This document shows, piece by piece, positions 38,140 through 48,858 of a DNA stretch of 64,000 nucleotides (within the stretch, counting starts at the first letter, position 1; each line of letters starts with the position of its first letter). The notes beneath the pieces were generated by a model. It saw only the letters and a program-made list of their open reading frames with translations, did not search any database and was not told the DNA's origin. Source of the DNA: Bacteroidales bacterium (lineage in GTDB: Bacteria > Bacteroidota > Bacteroidia > Bacteroidales > UBA932); assembly GCA_017617495.1 (NCBI GenBank), contig JAFZWD010000032.1, positions 4,709 to 68,708 on the forward strand, read 5' to 3'. The position numbers and the translations under genes were made by a program.

Positions 38140-38607
38140 ATGGAGCAAGTTCAATCATATCCTCTCGACCCCGAAAAGGTCTATATGTCGGCCGACGAAC
38201 TGACACTGACCACCGACGCGGGCGAGATTACCCGCAAGATGGGCGAGTGGGTGGCTCTTGAACCCGTGATGATTCACAGGATGATTGTTCGCGAAAAAGT
38301 CCTCAAAGTAGACGAATTCGAACTGCTCCGTCCCCTGGAAAGCAAACTCCGCAAGGCCGACCCCGACTACTACAAGCGTTTTGTGGGCCTCAAGCTTGTA
38401 ATCGACTATCCCGGTTACAGCAACGGAATTGTTGCCAGGATTCCTTACGAAAACGACCCCGTAGGCTTCTATAAATGGTGGCGCAAGGGCGCTCACGAAG
38501 ACAAAGTGTTCCTCTCGCTCGCGTGGCAGATAAAACTCTTCCAGAAAGTGGCGCTGATGGATCCCAAGATGCTTCTGAAGAAGGACTACGACATACTCCG
38601 GTCATAA
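38140..38607 (+). CDS. Hypothetical protein
   Basis: Host-like codon usage; TAATTTTG promoter upstream; precedes gcvT. Confidence 0.7.
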   Translation: MEQVQSYPLDPEKVYMSADELTLTTDAGEITRKMGEWVALEPVMIHRMIVREKVLKVDEFELLRPLESKLRKADPDYYKRFVGLKLVIDYPGYSNGIVARIPYENDPVGFYKWWRKGAHEDKVFLSLAWQIKLFQKVALMDPKMLLKKDYDILRS

Positions 38608-38616
38608 CAATTTTTT

Positions 38617-39717
38617 ATGGACGATACACTGAAACTGACCTGCCTGCATGGCGCCCATCTGGCGCTCGGGGCAAAAATGAGCCCGTTTGCAGGCTTCGAT
38701 ATGCCTATCCAGTACAGCGGAATCCGCGATGAGCATCTGGCAGTGCGCGGGCACGCCGGAATCTTCGACGTTTCGCATATGGGAGAAATCTTCATCAGCG
38801 GCCCCGACGCCCTGCGCTTCGTGAACCATATCTTCACCAACGATGCAGGCGCCCTTGCCGCCGGACAGATTGCCTATGGCATGATGCTTTACCCCGACGG
38901 AGGCACCGTGGACGACCTTCTGGTATATAAGGAGAAGGCCGCGGACGAATTCCTGCTGGTGGTGAATGCTGCCAATATCGACAAGGATTACGCCTGGATG
39001 CTGGACAACGCCGCCGGCTTCGACGTAAAGATTGTTAACGACTCCGACAACTGGGGCCAGGTGGCCGTGCAGGGCCCCGAGGCCGAGAAGCACGTCTGCA
39101 AGGTGCTCGGCGAGGATGTTCCCGCCCTTACCTTTTATACTTATACGGATTTCTGCAAGGACGGCGGCCGCATAATCGTGAGCCGCACCGGATATACCGG
39201 TGAGGACGGATTCGAGATTTACGCATCTCCCGCAAAGACAGTGGCCCTTTGGGACGCCTTCCTGGCGGACGGCGTGGTGCCCTGCGGACTTGGATGCCGC
39301 GATACCCTGCGCTTCGAGGCGGGCCTGCCGCTCTATGGCGACGAACTCAGCGCGGAGATTTCCCCGGTGATGGCGGGACTCTCGATGTTCTGCAAGCTGG
39401 ACAAGGAAGAATTCATCGGCAAAGAAGCAGTAGCGCAGCAGAAGGCGGAGGGCGTGGCGCGCAAGATAGTGGGCCTGGAGGTGCACGACAGGGCCATTCC
39501 GCGCGCAGGCTATCCCGTTCTTTCGCCGGACGGAAGCCCCATCGGCGTAGTTACCACGGGCTACCGCTCCATCTCCCTGGACAAGAGCATCTGCTTTGCG
39601 CTCGTCGACTCGGCTTTTGCCGCCCTGGGCAGCGAGGTGAGCGTGGAAATCCACCGCAAGGTGCTTCCCGCAACCGTCATCAAGAAAAGATTCTATCAAA
39701 CAAACTATAAGAAATGA
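38617..39717 (+). CDS. gcvT: Glycine cleavage T protein (aminomethyltransferase)
   Basis: FAGFDMPIQY, FDVSHMGE, SRTGYTGEDGFE, GLGCRDTLRFEAG. Confidence 0.95.
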   Translation: MDDTLKLTCLHGAHLALGAKMSPFAGFDMPIQYSGIRDEHLAVRGHAGIFDVSHMGEIFISGPDALRFVNHIFTNDAGALAAGQIAYGMMLYPDGGTVDDLLVYKEKAADEFLLVVNAANIDKDYAWMLDNAAGFDVKIVNDSDNWGQVAVQGPEAEKHVCKVLGEDVPALTFYTYTDFCKDGGRIIVSRTGYTGEDGFEIYASPAKTVALWDAFLADGVVPCGLGCRDTLRFEAGLPLYGDELSAEISPVMAGLSMFCKLDKEEFIGKEAVAQQKAEGVARKIVGLEVHDRAIPRAGYPVLSPDGSPIGVVTTGYRSISLDKSICFALVDSAFAALGSEVSVEIHRKVLPATVIKKRFYQTNYKK

Positions 39718-40091
39718 GCAAGATTTTAGACGAACTGCTGTACAGCGATTCCCACGAATGGGTAAAGGTTGACGGCAATATTGCAATCATCGGCGTCAGC
39801 GACTTCGCGCAGGCCGAAATGGGTGACATTACTTACGTAGACGTTCCCGCCGAGGGCGACGAGGTGAGCAAGGGCGAGGAATTCGGCGCTCTGGAGAGCG
39901 TAAAGGCCTCCAGCGAACTCTATTCCCCGGTTTCCGGCGTAATCACCGAAGTCAACGCCGACCTGGACGCCACCCCCGAGCTTATCAACGAGGATCCCTA
40001 CGGAGCCTGGATTATCAAGGTGGAGATGAGCGACAAGGGCGAACTCGACAGCCTTCTGAACGCAGCCGCATACGCGGAAATAGCAAAATAA
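39714..40091 (+). CDS. gcvH: Glycine cleavage H protein
   Basis: SHEWV, LESVKASSELYSP (lipoyl Lys), INEDPYGAW. Confidence 0.95.
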   Translation: MSKILDELLYSDSHEWVKVDGNIAIIGVSDFAQAEMGDITYVDVPAEGDEVSKGEEFGALESVKASSELYSPVSGVITEVNADLDATPELINEDPYGAWIIKVEMSDKGELDSLLNAAAYAEIAK

Positions 40092-40097
40092 CAGCCA

Positions 40098-41393
40098 ATG
40101 GGCACATTCGCATATTTTCCTCATACGGAAGAAGACATCCGTGTGATGCTGAAGCGTATAGGTGTGGAGAGCATTGACGCCCTCTATTCCGACGTTCCGG
40201 CAGATTTCATTTACAAGGGGGAGTACGACCTTCCGGATGCCCTGAGCGAGCAACAGGTAAGGGATTTCTTCGACTCCCTGGGCAGCAAGAACACTAAACT
40301 CAAGGTATTTGCAGGACTCGGCGCATACGACCATTACGTGCCGGCTGTGATTCCCTACATCACCTCGCGTTCGGAGTTCCTCACGGCTTATACGCCTTAC
40401 CAGTGCGAGATTTCGCAGGGAACCCTGCGCTATATCTTCGAGTTCCAGAGCATGATTTGCCGCCTGACCGGGCTGGACGTGGCCAACGCGTCCATGTACG
40501 ACGGCCCTACGGCCGCGGCAGAGGCCCTCAGGATGGCAATTGCAAGCACCCGCAAGAAGAATAAGCTCGTAGTGAGCAGCCTGCTCCAGGAGCATGTGCT
40601 CAAGGTGATCCGCTGCTACATGAAGTATCCCGGATACGACGTGGTCTATACCGAAGATGTGCTTTCGGAGCTCGGCCCTGATGTGGCCGGCGTAATCGTG
40701 CCGTCCATCAGCCGTCACGGCATCGTCCAGGATCTTAGCGGCTACGCCGATGCGGTTCACGCCGCGGGCGCACTTCTTATCGAATACTGCGACCCTTCGG
40801 CCCTGGCGGTGCTCAAGACTCCCGCTGAATGGGGCGCAGACATTGCTGTAGGCGACGGACAGAGCCTCGGCATTCCGCTTTGCTACGGAGGCCCTTACGT
40901 GGGCTTTATGGCCTGCAAGCAGGATTATATGCGCAAGCTGCCAGGCCGTATAGTCGGCCAGGCGCTGGATGCCAGCGGTAAGCGCTGCTTTGTTCTGACG
41001 CTCCAGGCCCGCGAGCAGCATATCCGCCGCGAAAAGGCCACATCCAACATCTGCTCGAACGAATCCCTGATGGCGCTCTGGGTGACGGTTTATCTGTCGC
41101 TGATGGGCCCCGAGGGGATGAAGAAGGTGAACGGGCTCAGCTGCGAAGGCGCGCATTACCTGCACGCTCAGCTGCTTGCTACCGGCAAGTTCGAGGATCC
41201 GTTCCCCGGCAAGCCTTTCCTCAAGGAGTTCTGCCTCAAGCCTCTGGTCCCTGCCGAAAAGCTTCAGCAGAAGCTGCTTGACGCCGGGTTCTTCGCCGCC
41301 GTGAGTATCGACGGCTACGTGAATTTCTGTGTAACCGAGAAACACGGCAAGGACGAGATCGACGCCCTGGTCGCAGCAGTTAAGGAGGTTTAG
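40098..41393 (+). CDS. gcvPA: Glycine dehydrogenase subunit 1
   Basis: [41 protein letters not shown]. Confidence 0.93.
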   Translation: MGTFAYFPHTEEDIRVMLKRIGVESIDALYSDVPADFIYKGEYDLPDALSEQQVRDFFDSLGSKNTKLKVFAGLGAYDHYVPAVIPYITSRSEFLTAYTPYQCEISQGTLRYIFEFQSMICRLTGLDVANASMYDGPTAAAEALRMAIASTRKKNKLVVSSLLQEHVLKVIRCYMKYPGYDVVYTEDVLSELGPDVAGVIVPSISRHGIVQDLSGYADAVHAAGALLIEYCDPSALAVLKTPAEWGADIAVGDGQSLGIPLCYGGPYVGFMACKQDYMRKLPGRIVGQALDASGKRCFVLTLQAREQHIRREKATSNICSNESLMALWVTVYLSLMGPEGMKKVNGLSCEGAHYLHAQLLATGKFEDPFPGKPFLKEFCLKPLVPAEKLQQKLLDAGFFAAVSIDGYVNFCVTEKHGKDEIDALVAAVKEV

Positions 41394-41395
41394 TT

Positions 41396-42796
41396 ATGCG
41401 TTATTACGATAAGCTGATATTTGAGCTGGGACATAAAGGTAGAAGCGGTTATTCTTTACCGAGCGTAAGCGAGACGGTTTTAGAGGCCTTGCTGCCGCAA
41501 AACCTTCTCAGAGTAAGCAATACCGGTTTGCCGGAGGTGAGCGAAGCGGATGTCGTAAGGCATTATACGAATCTGAGCCAGATGAATTTCGGCGTGGATA
41601 CTGGCTTCTATCCTCTCGGGTCGTGCACCATGAAATACAACCCCAAGATTAACGAAGAAATCGCCTCCCACCCCGCTTTCGCAGGCCTGCACCCGCTGCA
41701 GCCAGAGAGCACTGTAAAGGGTGCGAAAGAGGTTGAAGAAGGTCTTGGAAAGGCCCTGTGTGCCATTACAGGCATGAAGGCCTTCACCTTCCTGCCCTGC
41801 GCGGGCGCCCACGGCGAACTCACCGGACTGATGCTCATCCGCGAGTATCATCTCGCACACGGCGATACGGCACGCACAAAGGTGATAGTCCCCGATAGCG
41901 CCCACGGCACCAACCCGGCAAGCGCAAACGTTTGCGGACTCGAGATAGTGGAAGTAAAGTCGGGCGCCAACGGCCTGGTGGACGTAGAGTCTCTCAAACC
42001 GCTGCTCGGCCCGGACATCGCCGCCATCATGCTCACTAACCCCAACACGCTCGGTCTGTTCGAACGCGAAATAGGGGAGATAGCCAAGCTTGTGCACGGC
42101 TGCGGCGGCCTGCTGTACTACGACGGAGCAAATATGAACCCGCTCATCGGCAAGGTGCGTCCCGGCGACATGGGCTTCGACGTTCTGCACCTGAACCTGC
42201 ACAAGAGCTTCTCCACTCCTCATGGAGGAGGCGGCCCGGGAAGCGGCCCCGTGGGTGTGGCGGAAAGGCTTCTGCCCTGCCTGCAGAATGTGCATACATC
42301 CGGATTCCACGGCAACTTCGGCGTCATGCTGAGGGCTTATGCCTATATCCTGATGCTCGGCCGCGAGAATGTCAAGATGGTCGGTCCTCTGGCTACGCTG
42401 GCTGCAAATTATATTAAGGAATCGCTTAAGGATGACTACAAGCTGCCCATTCCTTCAGTTTGCAAGCACGAATTCGTGTTCGACGGACTCATCAACGACG
42501 GAGCCCGCGACGGCGTTGCCGGTGCAACTACCCTGGATGTGGCCAAGCGTCTGCTGGATTACGGCTTCCATGCGCCCACCATATACTTCCCGCTGCTCTT
42601 CCATCAGGCTCTTATGATTGAGCCTACGGAAACCGAGTCGCTGGAAACCCTGGACGCATTCATCGATGTGATGCATCGCATTGCGGAGGAAGCGGCAAAG
42701 GATCCGGAGATGCTTCACAGCGCACCACACAACGCTCCGATTGGCAGGCCCGACGAAACCACTGCAGCCCGCCAGCCGGTGCTCAAATACGAATAA
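41396..42796 (+). CDS. gcvPB: Glycine dehydrogenase subunit 2
   Basis: [49 protein letters not shown]. Confidence 0.93.
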   Translation: MRYYDKLIFELGHKGRSGYSLPSVSETVLEALLPQNLLRVSNTGLPEVSEADVVRHYTNLSQMNFGVDTGFYPLGSCTMKYNPKINEEIASHPAFAGLHPLQPESTVKGAKEVEEGLGKALCAITGMKAFTFLPCAGAHGELTGLMLIREYHLAHGDTARTKVIVPDSAHGTNPASANVCGLEIVEVKSGANGLVDVESLKPLLGPDIAAIMLTNPNTLGLFEREIGEIAKLVHGCGGLLYYDGANMNPLIGKVRPGDMGFDVLHLNLHKSFSTPHGGGGPGSGPVGVAERLLPCLQNVHTSGFHGNFGVMLRAYAYILMLGRENVKMVGPLATLAANYIKESLKDDYKLPIPSVCKHEFVFDGLINDGARDGVAGATTLDVAKRLLDYGFHAPTIYFPLLFHQALMIEPTETESLETLDAFIDVMHRIAEEAAKDPEMLHSAPHNAPIGRPDETTAARQPVLKYE

Positions 42797-43455
42797 TGGA
42801 GATTAAACAGGTCGCGGTATTCCGCTCACCCATTACAGAGAAGTTCGGTCTGCCCAGGCAGGCCGGACTTGCTCCGTCTTTACGCGGACGCATAGAATTC
42901 CTGCCGGGCTATAATGCTCCGGAGGCGTTCCGCGGCCTGGACGGCTTTGAAAGGCTGTGGATAGTGTGGGAATTCAATCTTAACAGGGGAGAGGAATGGC
43001 ATCCGACCGTAAGGCCGCCGCGTCTTGGCGGCAACGAGCGCATCGGAGTGTGGGCAAGCCGTTCGCCTTACCGCCCCAATCCTCTCGGGCTTTCCTGTGT
43101 CAAGATAGAGGCAGTGAATGCTGCTGAAGGATATATAGAGGTCAGCGGAGCGGATATTGCCGACGGCACGCCCATATACGACGTAAAGCCCTATCTGGCA
43201 TACTCCGATGCCCACCCGGGCGCCGTTTCCGGCTTTGCCGGCAGCGCATGGGAACCGCTGAAGGTAATTATCCCGGAGGAACTGGCGAGTGCCTTCCCTC
43301 AGGAAGAAATCCGGGCACTGGAAGAGATTCTCGCGCAGGACCCCAGGCCGGCCTATCAGGAAGACCCGGATCGCGAATACGGTCTCTCGTTCGCAGGGCG
43401 CAACGTCCGTTTTAAAGTAAAAGACGGCGTCCTTACCGTGGCCGCCGTCCTTTAA
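42796..43455 (+). CDS. trmO: tRNA m6t6A37 methyltransferase TrmO
   Basis: KFGLPRQ, VRPPRLGGN, SRSPYRPNPLGLS, DGTPIYDVKPY, QDPRPAY. Confidence 0.9.
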   Translation: MEIKQVAVFRSPITEKFGLPRQAGLAPSLRGRIEFLPGYNAPEAFRGLDGFERLWIVWEFNLNRGEEWHPTVRPPRLGGNERIGVWASRSPYRPNPLGLSCVKIEAVNAAEGYIEVSGADIADGTPIYDVKPYLAYSDAHPGAVSGFAGSAWEPLKVIIPEELASAFPQEEIRALEEILAQDPRPAYQEDPDREYGLSFAGRNVRFKVKDGVLTVAAVL

Positions 43456-43470
43456 ATATTTCAGTGTCAA

Positions 43471-44769
43471 TTATTTGCGCCTGCCGCCCCTGTGGTGGTT
43501 TTTCTTCTTTTTGGAGAAGAAGAAGCCGAGGATGAGGCCTACTATTGCAATACCGAAAATAACCCAGGTGGAGATGCTTGCGTTGGCGCCCTTCACGCGC
43601 GACCACATCGCAAGAAGCTTCGCGGTATCCTCGCCCCAGTCGTGCTCGAGGGCGCAGCGTTCGATAATCTCCCTGCCGGGATAGAGGGTTTCGTCCACGT
43701 GAACCGCGGATGCCTGCTCGCCGAAGAAGTAGCTGAGGTCGACAGCGGGCTTTTCCTCGTCGATCTGCGATTCCAGTACCTCTATGGCACCATTGGCAGA
43801 GACGTAGCCGGTTTCTTCCATATTGCGGATGGCGATGTCCGGACGGCACATAAAGTCGATGAACCATGTGGCGGCCTTTGCATTCTTTGCATACTTGGGG
43901 ATCACCCAGCTGTCGAACCAGACATTGCTCCCTTCCTTGGGAACGACATATTTGAGCTCCACGCCCACTGCCGCGGCCTCTTCGATGGCCCATACCGCAT
44001 CTCCGCTCCAGTTGAGCGAAACGACGCCGCGCTCCTTGGTCATCTGCTCCTTGCCGAAATCGGCCTCCCAGCCGAGCACGCCGTCTTTTACCTGCTTCAG
44101 GTAGGCCTCTACCGCTGCAAGCGACTCATCGGAAGAATCGTGCATAAGCTCGGCGAGAGTCACCTTGCCGGACTTGAGTTCTTCCTGCTTGAGGTAAATC
44201 AGCACGGGGCAGTAAACGTCGCGCGGAGCGTCCTTTATGAGGATCTTGCCTGCGAACTTGGGGTTGCGGATAACATCCCATGTGGAAGCCTCCTCGTCGG
44301 TAACGTATTTAGTGTTGTAGAGGATGCCGGAAGTACCCCACATATAAGGCACGGAATAGTCGTTGGCGTCGATCGCGGGGTTGATTTCCCGGAAGATGCG
44401 CTGCATGTACGGCGACTTGTTGTTGGCAATGTAGTTGATTGAGTCGGGGATGGAGGCGAAGTCCAGGGGAATCAGGAGCCCGTTGTTGAGCATGCGCTCG
44501 AGAATGTAGTCCGAGGGGCACACCACGTCGTAGTCCTCCTGGCCTTTCTCGATCTTGGAGAGCATGGTCTCGTTGATGTCGAAGGTCTGGTAGATAACCT
44601 TGATCTTCTCGCCGGTCTGCTGTTCGTACCATGCCTCGAATTCGGGCAGCACGGACTCTTCGATGTAGTCCGACCAGTTGTAAACCTTGAGGATTTCGCT
44701 CCTCGGGCCAGCCGAGAGCGACACGGCTGCAAACATCGCTGCAGCAAAGGCCAAAGTCCTGATTTTCAT
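43471..44769 (-). CDS. potD: Spermidine/putrescine ABC substrate-binding protein with C-terminal TM anchor
   Basis: VYNWSDYI, YDVVCPSDY, VPYMWGT, WSGDA, PKEGSNVWFD. Confidence 0.9.
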   Translation of the reverse strand: MKIRTLAFAAAMFAAVSLSAGPRSEILKVYNWSDYIEESVLPEFEAWYEQQTGEKIKVIYQTFDINETMLSKIEKGQEDYDVVCPSDYILERMLNNGLLIPLDFASIPDSINYIANNKSPYMQRIFREINPAIDANDYSVPYMWGTSGILYNTKYVTDEEASTWDVIRNPKFAGKILIKDAPRDVYCPVLIYLKQEELKSGKVTLAELMHDSSDESLAAVEAYLKQVKDGVLGWEADFGKEQMTKERGVVSLNWSGDAVWAIEEAAAVGVELKYVVPKEGSNVWFDSWVIPKYAKNAKAATWFIDFMCRPDIAIRNMEETGYVSANGAIEVLESQIDEEKPAVDLSYFFGEQASAVHVDETLYPGREIIERCALEHDWGEDTAKLLAMWSRVKGANASISTWVIFGIAIVGLILGFFFSKKKKNHHRGGRRK

Positions 44770-45569
44770 TATTGCTGAGTTGTTTTAGGTTTTCGCGTGT
44801 TGATTATCAGAAGCACCACCAGGATGACCAGGAAAATGATGGTCATAAGCGGCTTGAGCTCGGGGGTAAGACCGCCCTTGCGCGCATCTGCATAAATATA
44901 GGTGGACAGAGTGTCCAGGCCGATTGTTCCGCGGGTGAAGAAAGTCACCGCGAAATCGTCCAGGCTCATAGTGAACGACAGGATGAAGCCCGATATCATT
45001 CCGGGCCTGAGTGCGGGCACCAGCACTTTGCGGAGTGCCTGCATGGGCGTTGCGCCGAGGTCGAGGGCCGCTTCGTAGATGTTGGGGTTGAGCTGCGAGA
45101 GCTTGGGCATCACGTTCAGCACCACGTAAGGCGTGCAGAAGGTAATATGCGCCAGCACCACCGTGGTATAGCCCTGCAAAATATGCAGGAACACGAAGAG
45201 CAGGAAGAGCGATACACCCGTGATGATGTCGGGGTTAATCATCGGGATGTTGTTCAGGAAGCTCATTACCTGGCGGTTGCGCGGCTTGAGCCGCGAGACG
45301 CCTACGGCTGCGAGCGTGCCAAGGAAGGTAGCCACCGTTGAAGCTATGAGCGCTATCAGAAGGGTGTTCTTGACTGCAGAGAGCAGGCCGGAAGAATTCT
45401 GCATCGAGCCTGTGAAGAGGTTCTTGTAGAGGTCCAGCGAGAATCCGGTCCAGTTGCCGAGCGACTTCGCCTCGGTGAAGGAGAACACCGCGATGAACAC
45501 GATAGGGGCGTAGAGCACTATCAGGAGCACCCAGATGTAGATTCGGGATAAGATTCGCGACGCCTTCAT
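44769..45569 (-). CDS. potC: Polyamine ABC permease
   Basis: LYAPI, EAALDLGA, FTMSLDDF. Confidence 0.9.
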   Translation of the reverse strand: MKASRILSRIYIWVLLIVLYAPIVFIAVFSFTEAKSLGNWTGFSLDLYKNLFTGSMQNSSGLLSAVKNTLLIALIASTVATFLGTLAAVGVSRLKPRNRQVMSFLNNIPMINPDIITGVSLFLLFVFLHILQGYTTVVLAHITFCTPYVVLNVMPKLSQLNPNIYEAALDLGATPMQALRKVLVPALRPGMISGFILSFTMSLDDFAVTFFTRGTIGLDTLSTYIYADARKGGLTPELKPLMTIIFLVILVVLLIINTRKPKTTQQ

Positions 45570-46342
45570 CACACGGTTCCTCCTACAGCGTCTTCCTGCG
45601 AGTCACTGCCCTGCAGGAAGGTGGTTATACCGATAATCACGAGCATGATGAGTGAAAGCGCCGCACCGTAGTTCCACATGGAGTTGTTGATATTCTCCTG
45701 GATGATCGTACCGAAGAGCTTTATCTTGTTGTTGGTGAGGAACTCCGAGATTGCGAAGGTGGATACCGTAGGCATGAACACCATCATCACGCCGCTCCAA
45801 ACGCCGGGCATGGAGAGGGGGAGAGTAACCTTGCGGAAGACTTCTCCCGGGGTGGCTCCAAGGTCCTGGGCGGCCTCTGCATAGGATTTATCCATCTTGT
45901 TGAGCTGGTTGTAGATAGGATAAATCATGAATGGCAGATAGTCGTAGCACATACCGAAGAGCAGCGTGCCCTTGCCAAGCGCCACTCCCGCCATAGTGAA
46001 CAGCTCCGCCGTCGCCAGGGTGCGCATAAGCGCGTTTACCCACATCGGCAGGATGAACAGCACAACCGTAACGGCGCTCCTGTTCAGGTTCTTGTCCGCG
46101 AGGATATAGGCGGCAGGATAGCCGATGAGGATGCAGAGGGCGGTATTCTCCAGCGCGACCTCTATGGAAAGGGCGAAGGTCGCGAGGGAATCCTTGTCCG
46201 AGAAGAACTTGCCGATATTCGCCAGCGTGAAGTGCCCCGAATTGTCCTGGAAGGAATAAATCACCACCAGAACCAGCGGAAGCACTACGAAGAGCACCAG
46301 GAATATGAAATAAGGCAGAGCCCAGGTCGAACGCTTATTCAT
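45569..46342 (-). CDS. potB: Polyamine ABC permease
   Basis: [29 protein letters not shown]. Confidence 0.9.
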   Translation of the reverse strand: MNKRSTWALPYFIFLVLFVVLPLVLVVIYSFQDNSGHFTLANIGKFFSDKDSLATFALSIEVALENTALCILIGYPAAYILADKNLNRSAVTVVLFILPMWVNALMRTLATAELFTMAGVALGKGTLLFGMCYDYLPFMIYPIYNQLNKMDKSYAEAAQDLGATPGEVFRKVTLPLSMPGVWSGVMMVFMPTVSTFAISEFLTNNKIKLFGTIIQENINNSMWNYGAALSLIMLVIIGITTFLQGSDSQEDAVGGTV

Positions 46343-47729
46343 CTTTCTTCTGCACTTTGCTCAAACGGATGTCTTTGGGAAGTATGCGGATGCCCACGAA
46401 GTCGTTCTTGTCCCAGACGTCGGTGGTGTCCACCCATATCTTTTCGCCGTCCTCGGTCTTGACCGTAAGATGGTAATGGTCGCCCTTGTAGAGGATGAAG
46501 ACCACGTTTCCGACGGTAACTGCGTCGTCCTCGTGGTCGAGCAGGTCCACCTTGCCGAAAGCCACGCTCACTTCGACCTCCTCGCCCTCTTCGAAGCCGT
46601 CTGTACGGCATTCCCATTCTGCGCCGAGGAATTCCACCTTGCCCTCGCCTGTAACGGTTCCGGAGTAGGTGTTGGCGACGCGTTCCTTCTTCATGACCTG
46701 GATGTCGCCGGGGTGGATGTGCATGCCTACGGTGGTGCCGGGCTCGAAGGCGTTGTAGTCCTGAATCATCAGCTCGTTGCCGCTGTCGGTATCTACGAAC
46801 ATCTCGTAGTGCACGCCCTTGAAAGTGCATGTGCGCACCACGCCGGTAAACTGCTCGCCCTCCGTATTCTTCTTTATATATATGTCTTCGGGGCGGATAA
46901 CCACGTCCACGGGCACATTCTCGCCGAAGCCTTTGTCGACGCAGTCGAAATCGTGGCCGATGAAGCTCACGCGCTTGTCCTCCAGCATTGTGCCGTTAAG
47001 GATGTTGCTTTCGCCGATGAAGTCGGCGACGAAGGAGTTGACTGGCTCGTTGTAGATGTCGGTAGGTGTGCCGACCTGCTGGATCTTGCCCTCGTTCATA
47101 ACAACGATAGTGTCGCTGAGCGTAAGCGCCTCCTCCTGGTCGTGAGTTACATATATAAAGGTAATGCCCAGTTTCTGGTGCATCTCCTTGAGCTCTATCT
47201 GCATGTCCTTGCGCATCTTGAGATCGAGCGCGGCCAGGGGCTCGTCCAGAAGCAGCACCTTGGGCTGGTTGACGATTGCCCTCGCGATTGCGATACGCTG
47301 CTGCTGTCCGCCGGAAAGAGTCTCCACGTCGCGGTCCTCGTAATCGGACATCGCCACGAGCTTGAGCACCTTGCGCACGCGCTTGTCTATCTCGTCCTCG
47401 GGCACTTTCTTGAGCTTGAGGCCGAAGGCGATATTGTCGTAGACATCCAGGTGCGGGAAGAGCGCATAGCGCTGGAAGACCGTGTTCAGCGGCCTCAGGT
47501 GCGGGGGAGTGTCCAGAAGGTCCCTGCCTTCGAGCTGGACGTTGCCCTCGTCGGGACGCATGAAGCCCGCGATGATGCGCAGCAGGGTAGTCTTGCCGCA
47601 GCCGGAAGGGCCCAGAAGCGTCAGGAACTCGCCCTCGCGGACATAGAGGTTGATGTCATCAAGCACTTTCTTGTCCCCGTAGCTCTTGGAGAGATGCTCG
47701 ATGTTGATGATGCGTTGGTCTTTTGCCAT
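46335..47729 (-). CDS. potA: Polyamine ABC ATPase
   Basis: [40 protein letters not shown]; extended C-terminal TOBE region. Confidence 0.93.
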   Translation of the reverse strand: MAKDQRIINIEHLSKSYGDKKVLDDINLYVREGEFLTLLGPSGCGKTTLLRIIAGFMRPDEGNVQLEGRDLLDTPPHLRPLNTVFQRYALFPHLDVYDNIAFGLKLKKVPEDEIDKRVRKVLKLVAMSDYEDRDVETLSGGQQQRIAIARAIVNQPKVLLLDEPLAALDLKMRKDMQIELKEMHQKLGITFIYVTHDQEEALTLSDTIVVMNEGKIQQVGTPTDIYNEPVNSFVADFIGESNILNGTMLEDKRVSFIGHDFDCVDKGFGENVPVDVVIRPEDIYIKKNTEGEQFTGVVRTCTFKGVHYEMFVDTDSGNELMIQDYNAFEPGTTVGMHIHPGDIQVMKKERVANTYSGTVTGEGKVEFLGAEWECRTDGFEEGEEVEVSVAFGKVDLLDHEDDAVTVGNVVFILYKGDHYHLTVKTEDGEKIWVDTTDVWDKNDFVGIRILPKDIRLSKVQKKDE

Positions 47730-48766
47730 CAGAGCGAGAAGTTGAAATTATAGACGAGGCCTACCAGCGCTTCGTAGCAACCATAGACGTTGTTGCGCGA
47801 GAAAGTTGCGTGCACGCGAAGGTCTTCGCTGTCCTTGATCGGGAACCAGTGCACGCCTGCGCCGAAGTTCCACCTTGTGCGGTCGCCCCAGAGAGCGTAC
47901 CATTTGGAGTTCTCCATGCCGGCGCGGCCGACGAATTCGAACTTGTCCAGAGGTTTCCAGCTGATGCCTGCGTAGGCCGAGTGGCCCTTTTCCAGCACGT
48001 CGAGCGAAACCGCATTGCTGTAGTCAGCGCTCACGCTGAGATTCTCGCAGATGTCGAATTTCTGCCCGAGGGAGAGCAGGGGATAGTATTCGCCGTCGCC
48101 CTTGCCCACAAGCGAGAAGCTCCAGATGTTGGCGAGCGGGCCGTATTCGCCGCGCCACTGCGCGCCGTAGCTGTAGATGCCGCTGCTGAAGGGATGCTCG
48201 CCGTAAGGGGATGTGCACATCTGCACTCCCAGGGTGGTGGTCTCGTTGCTCCAACCTGCGGAAACCTGCCACTGGAAAGGCTGGAAGTTGTTCCAGAGGG
48301 TGGAGGCCATCATGGGATGGATGTTGTAGTCGTACTCGTCGAACTCCATTCCGCCCATATAGAGCAGGTTCTTTCCTACGTTCACCCACACGCCCGCATC
48401 GAAGTCGTACTGCAGGTAGGCCGCGTTCAGGATATTGTCCCAGTCGGAATGGCCGATGTGCCTGTACAGATCGGTGTAGGCATACTTGTCCCACTTTTTA
48501 TCGGCAAGCGCAAAGCTCGCCCAGTGGTTCTCGACATAGAAGGAAATGTGTTCCGAAATGTTACCCTCGAAGAGGGTGTAAACTGAAGAATTGCCGAGTG
48601 TCGGTTCGACGGATGCGTCGTTATTACCCACAGGGCCACATATACCGAGGTCAAGCCTCGGGACAACAAACAGCTCGGCACCTGCGCCGGAGCTCTCAGC
48701 CTCTTGTGAGAACAAGAGGCAGCAAGGCAGCAAGAATGCTGCGCACACTGACAGGATTTTCTTCAT
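47729..48766 (-). CDS. Outer-membrane porin-like beta-barrel
   Basis: Signal peptide, alternating aromatic beta strands, MGGMEFD, terminal YNFNFSL; stop overlaps the potA start. Confidence 0.72.
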   Translation of the reverse strand: MKKILSVCAAFLLPCCLLFSQEAESSGAGAELFVVPRLDLGICGPVGNNDASVEPTLGNSSVYTLFEGNISEHISFYVENHWASFALADKKWDKYAYTDLYRHIGHSDWDNILNAAYLQYDFDAGVWVNVGKNLLYMGGMEFDEYDYNIHPMMASTLWNNFQPFQWQVSAGWSNETTTLGVQMCTSPYGEHPFSSGIYSYGAQWRGEYGPLANIWSFSLVGKGDGEYYPLLSLGQKFDICENLSVSADYSNAVSLDVLEKGHSAYAGISWKPLDKFEFVGRAGMENSKWYALWGDRTRWNFGAGVHWFPIKDSEDLRVHATFSRNNVYGCYEALVGLVYNFNFSL

Positions 48767-48858
48767 TAGGCCGCATAAAAATTTATTTGGTTCAACTTAG
48801 CCGCAAAGATATAAATTTTACTGATAAAATTTGCCGATAAGTTGCTATATTTGTAAGT

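Noticed and set aside
38076-38617. Glycine riboswitch upstream of gcvT
   Set aside because: The space is occupied by a CDS and short AT-rich gaps; no aptamer motifs.
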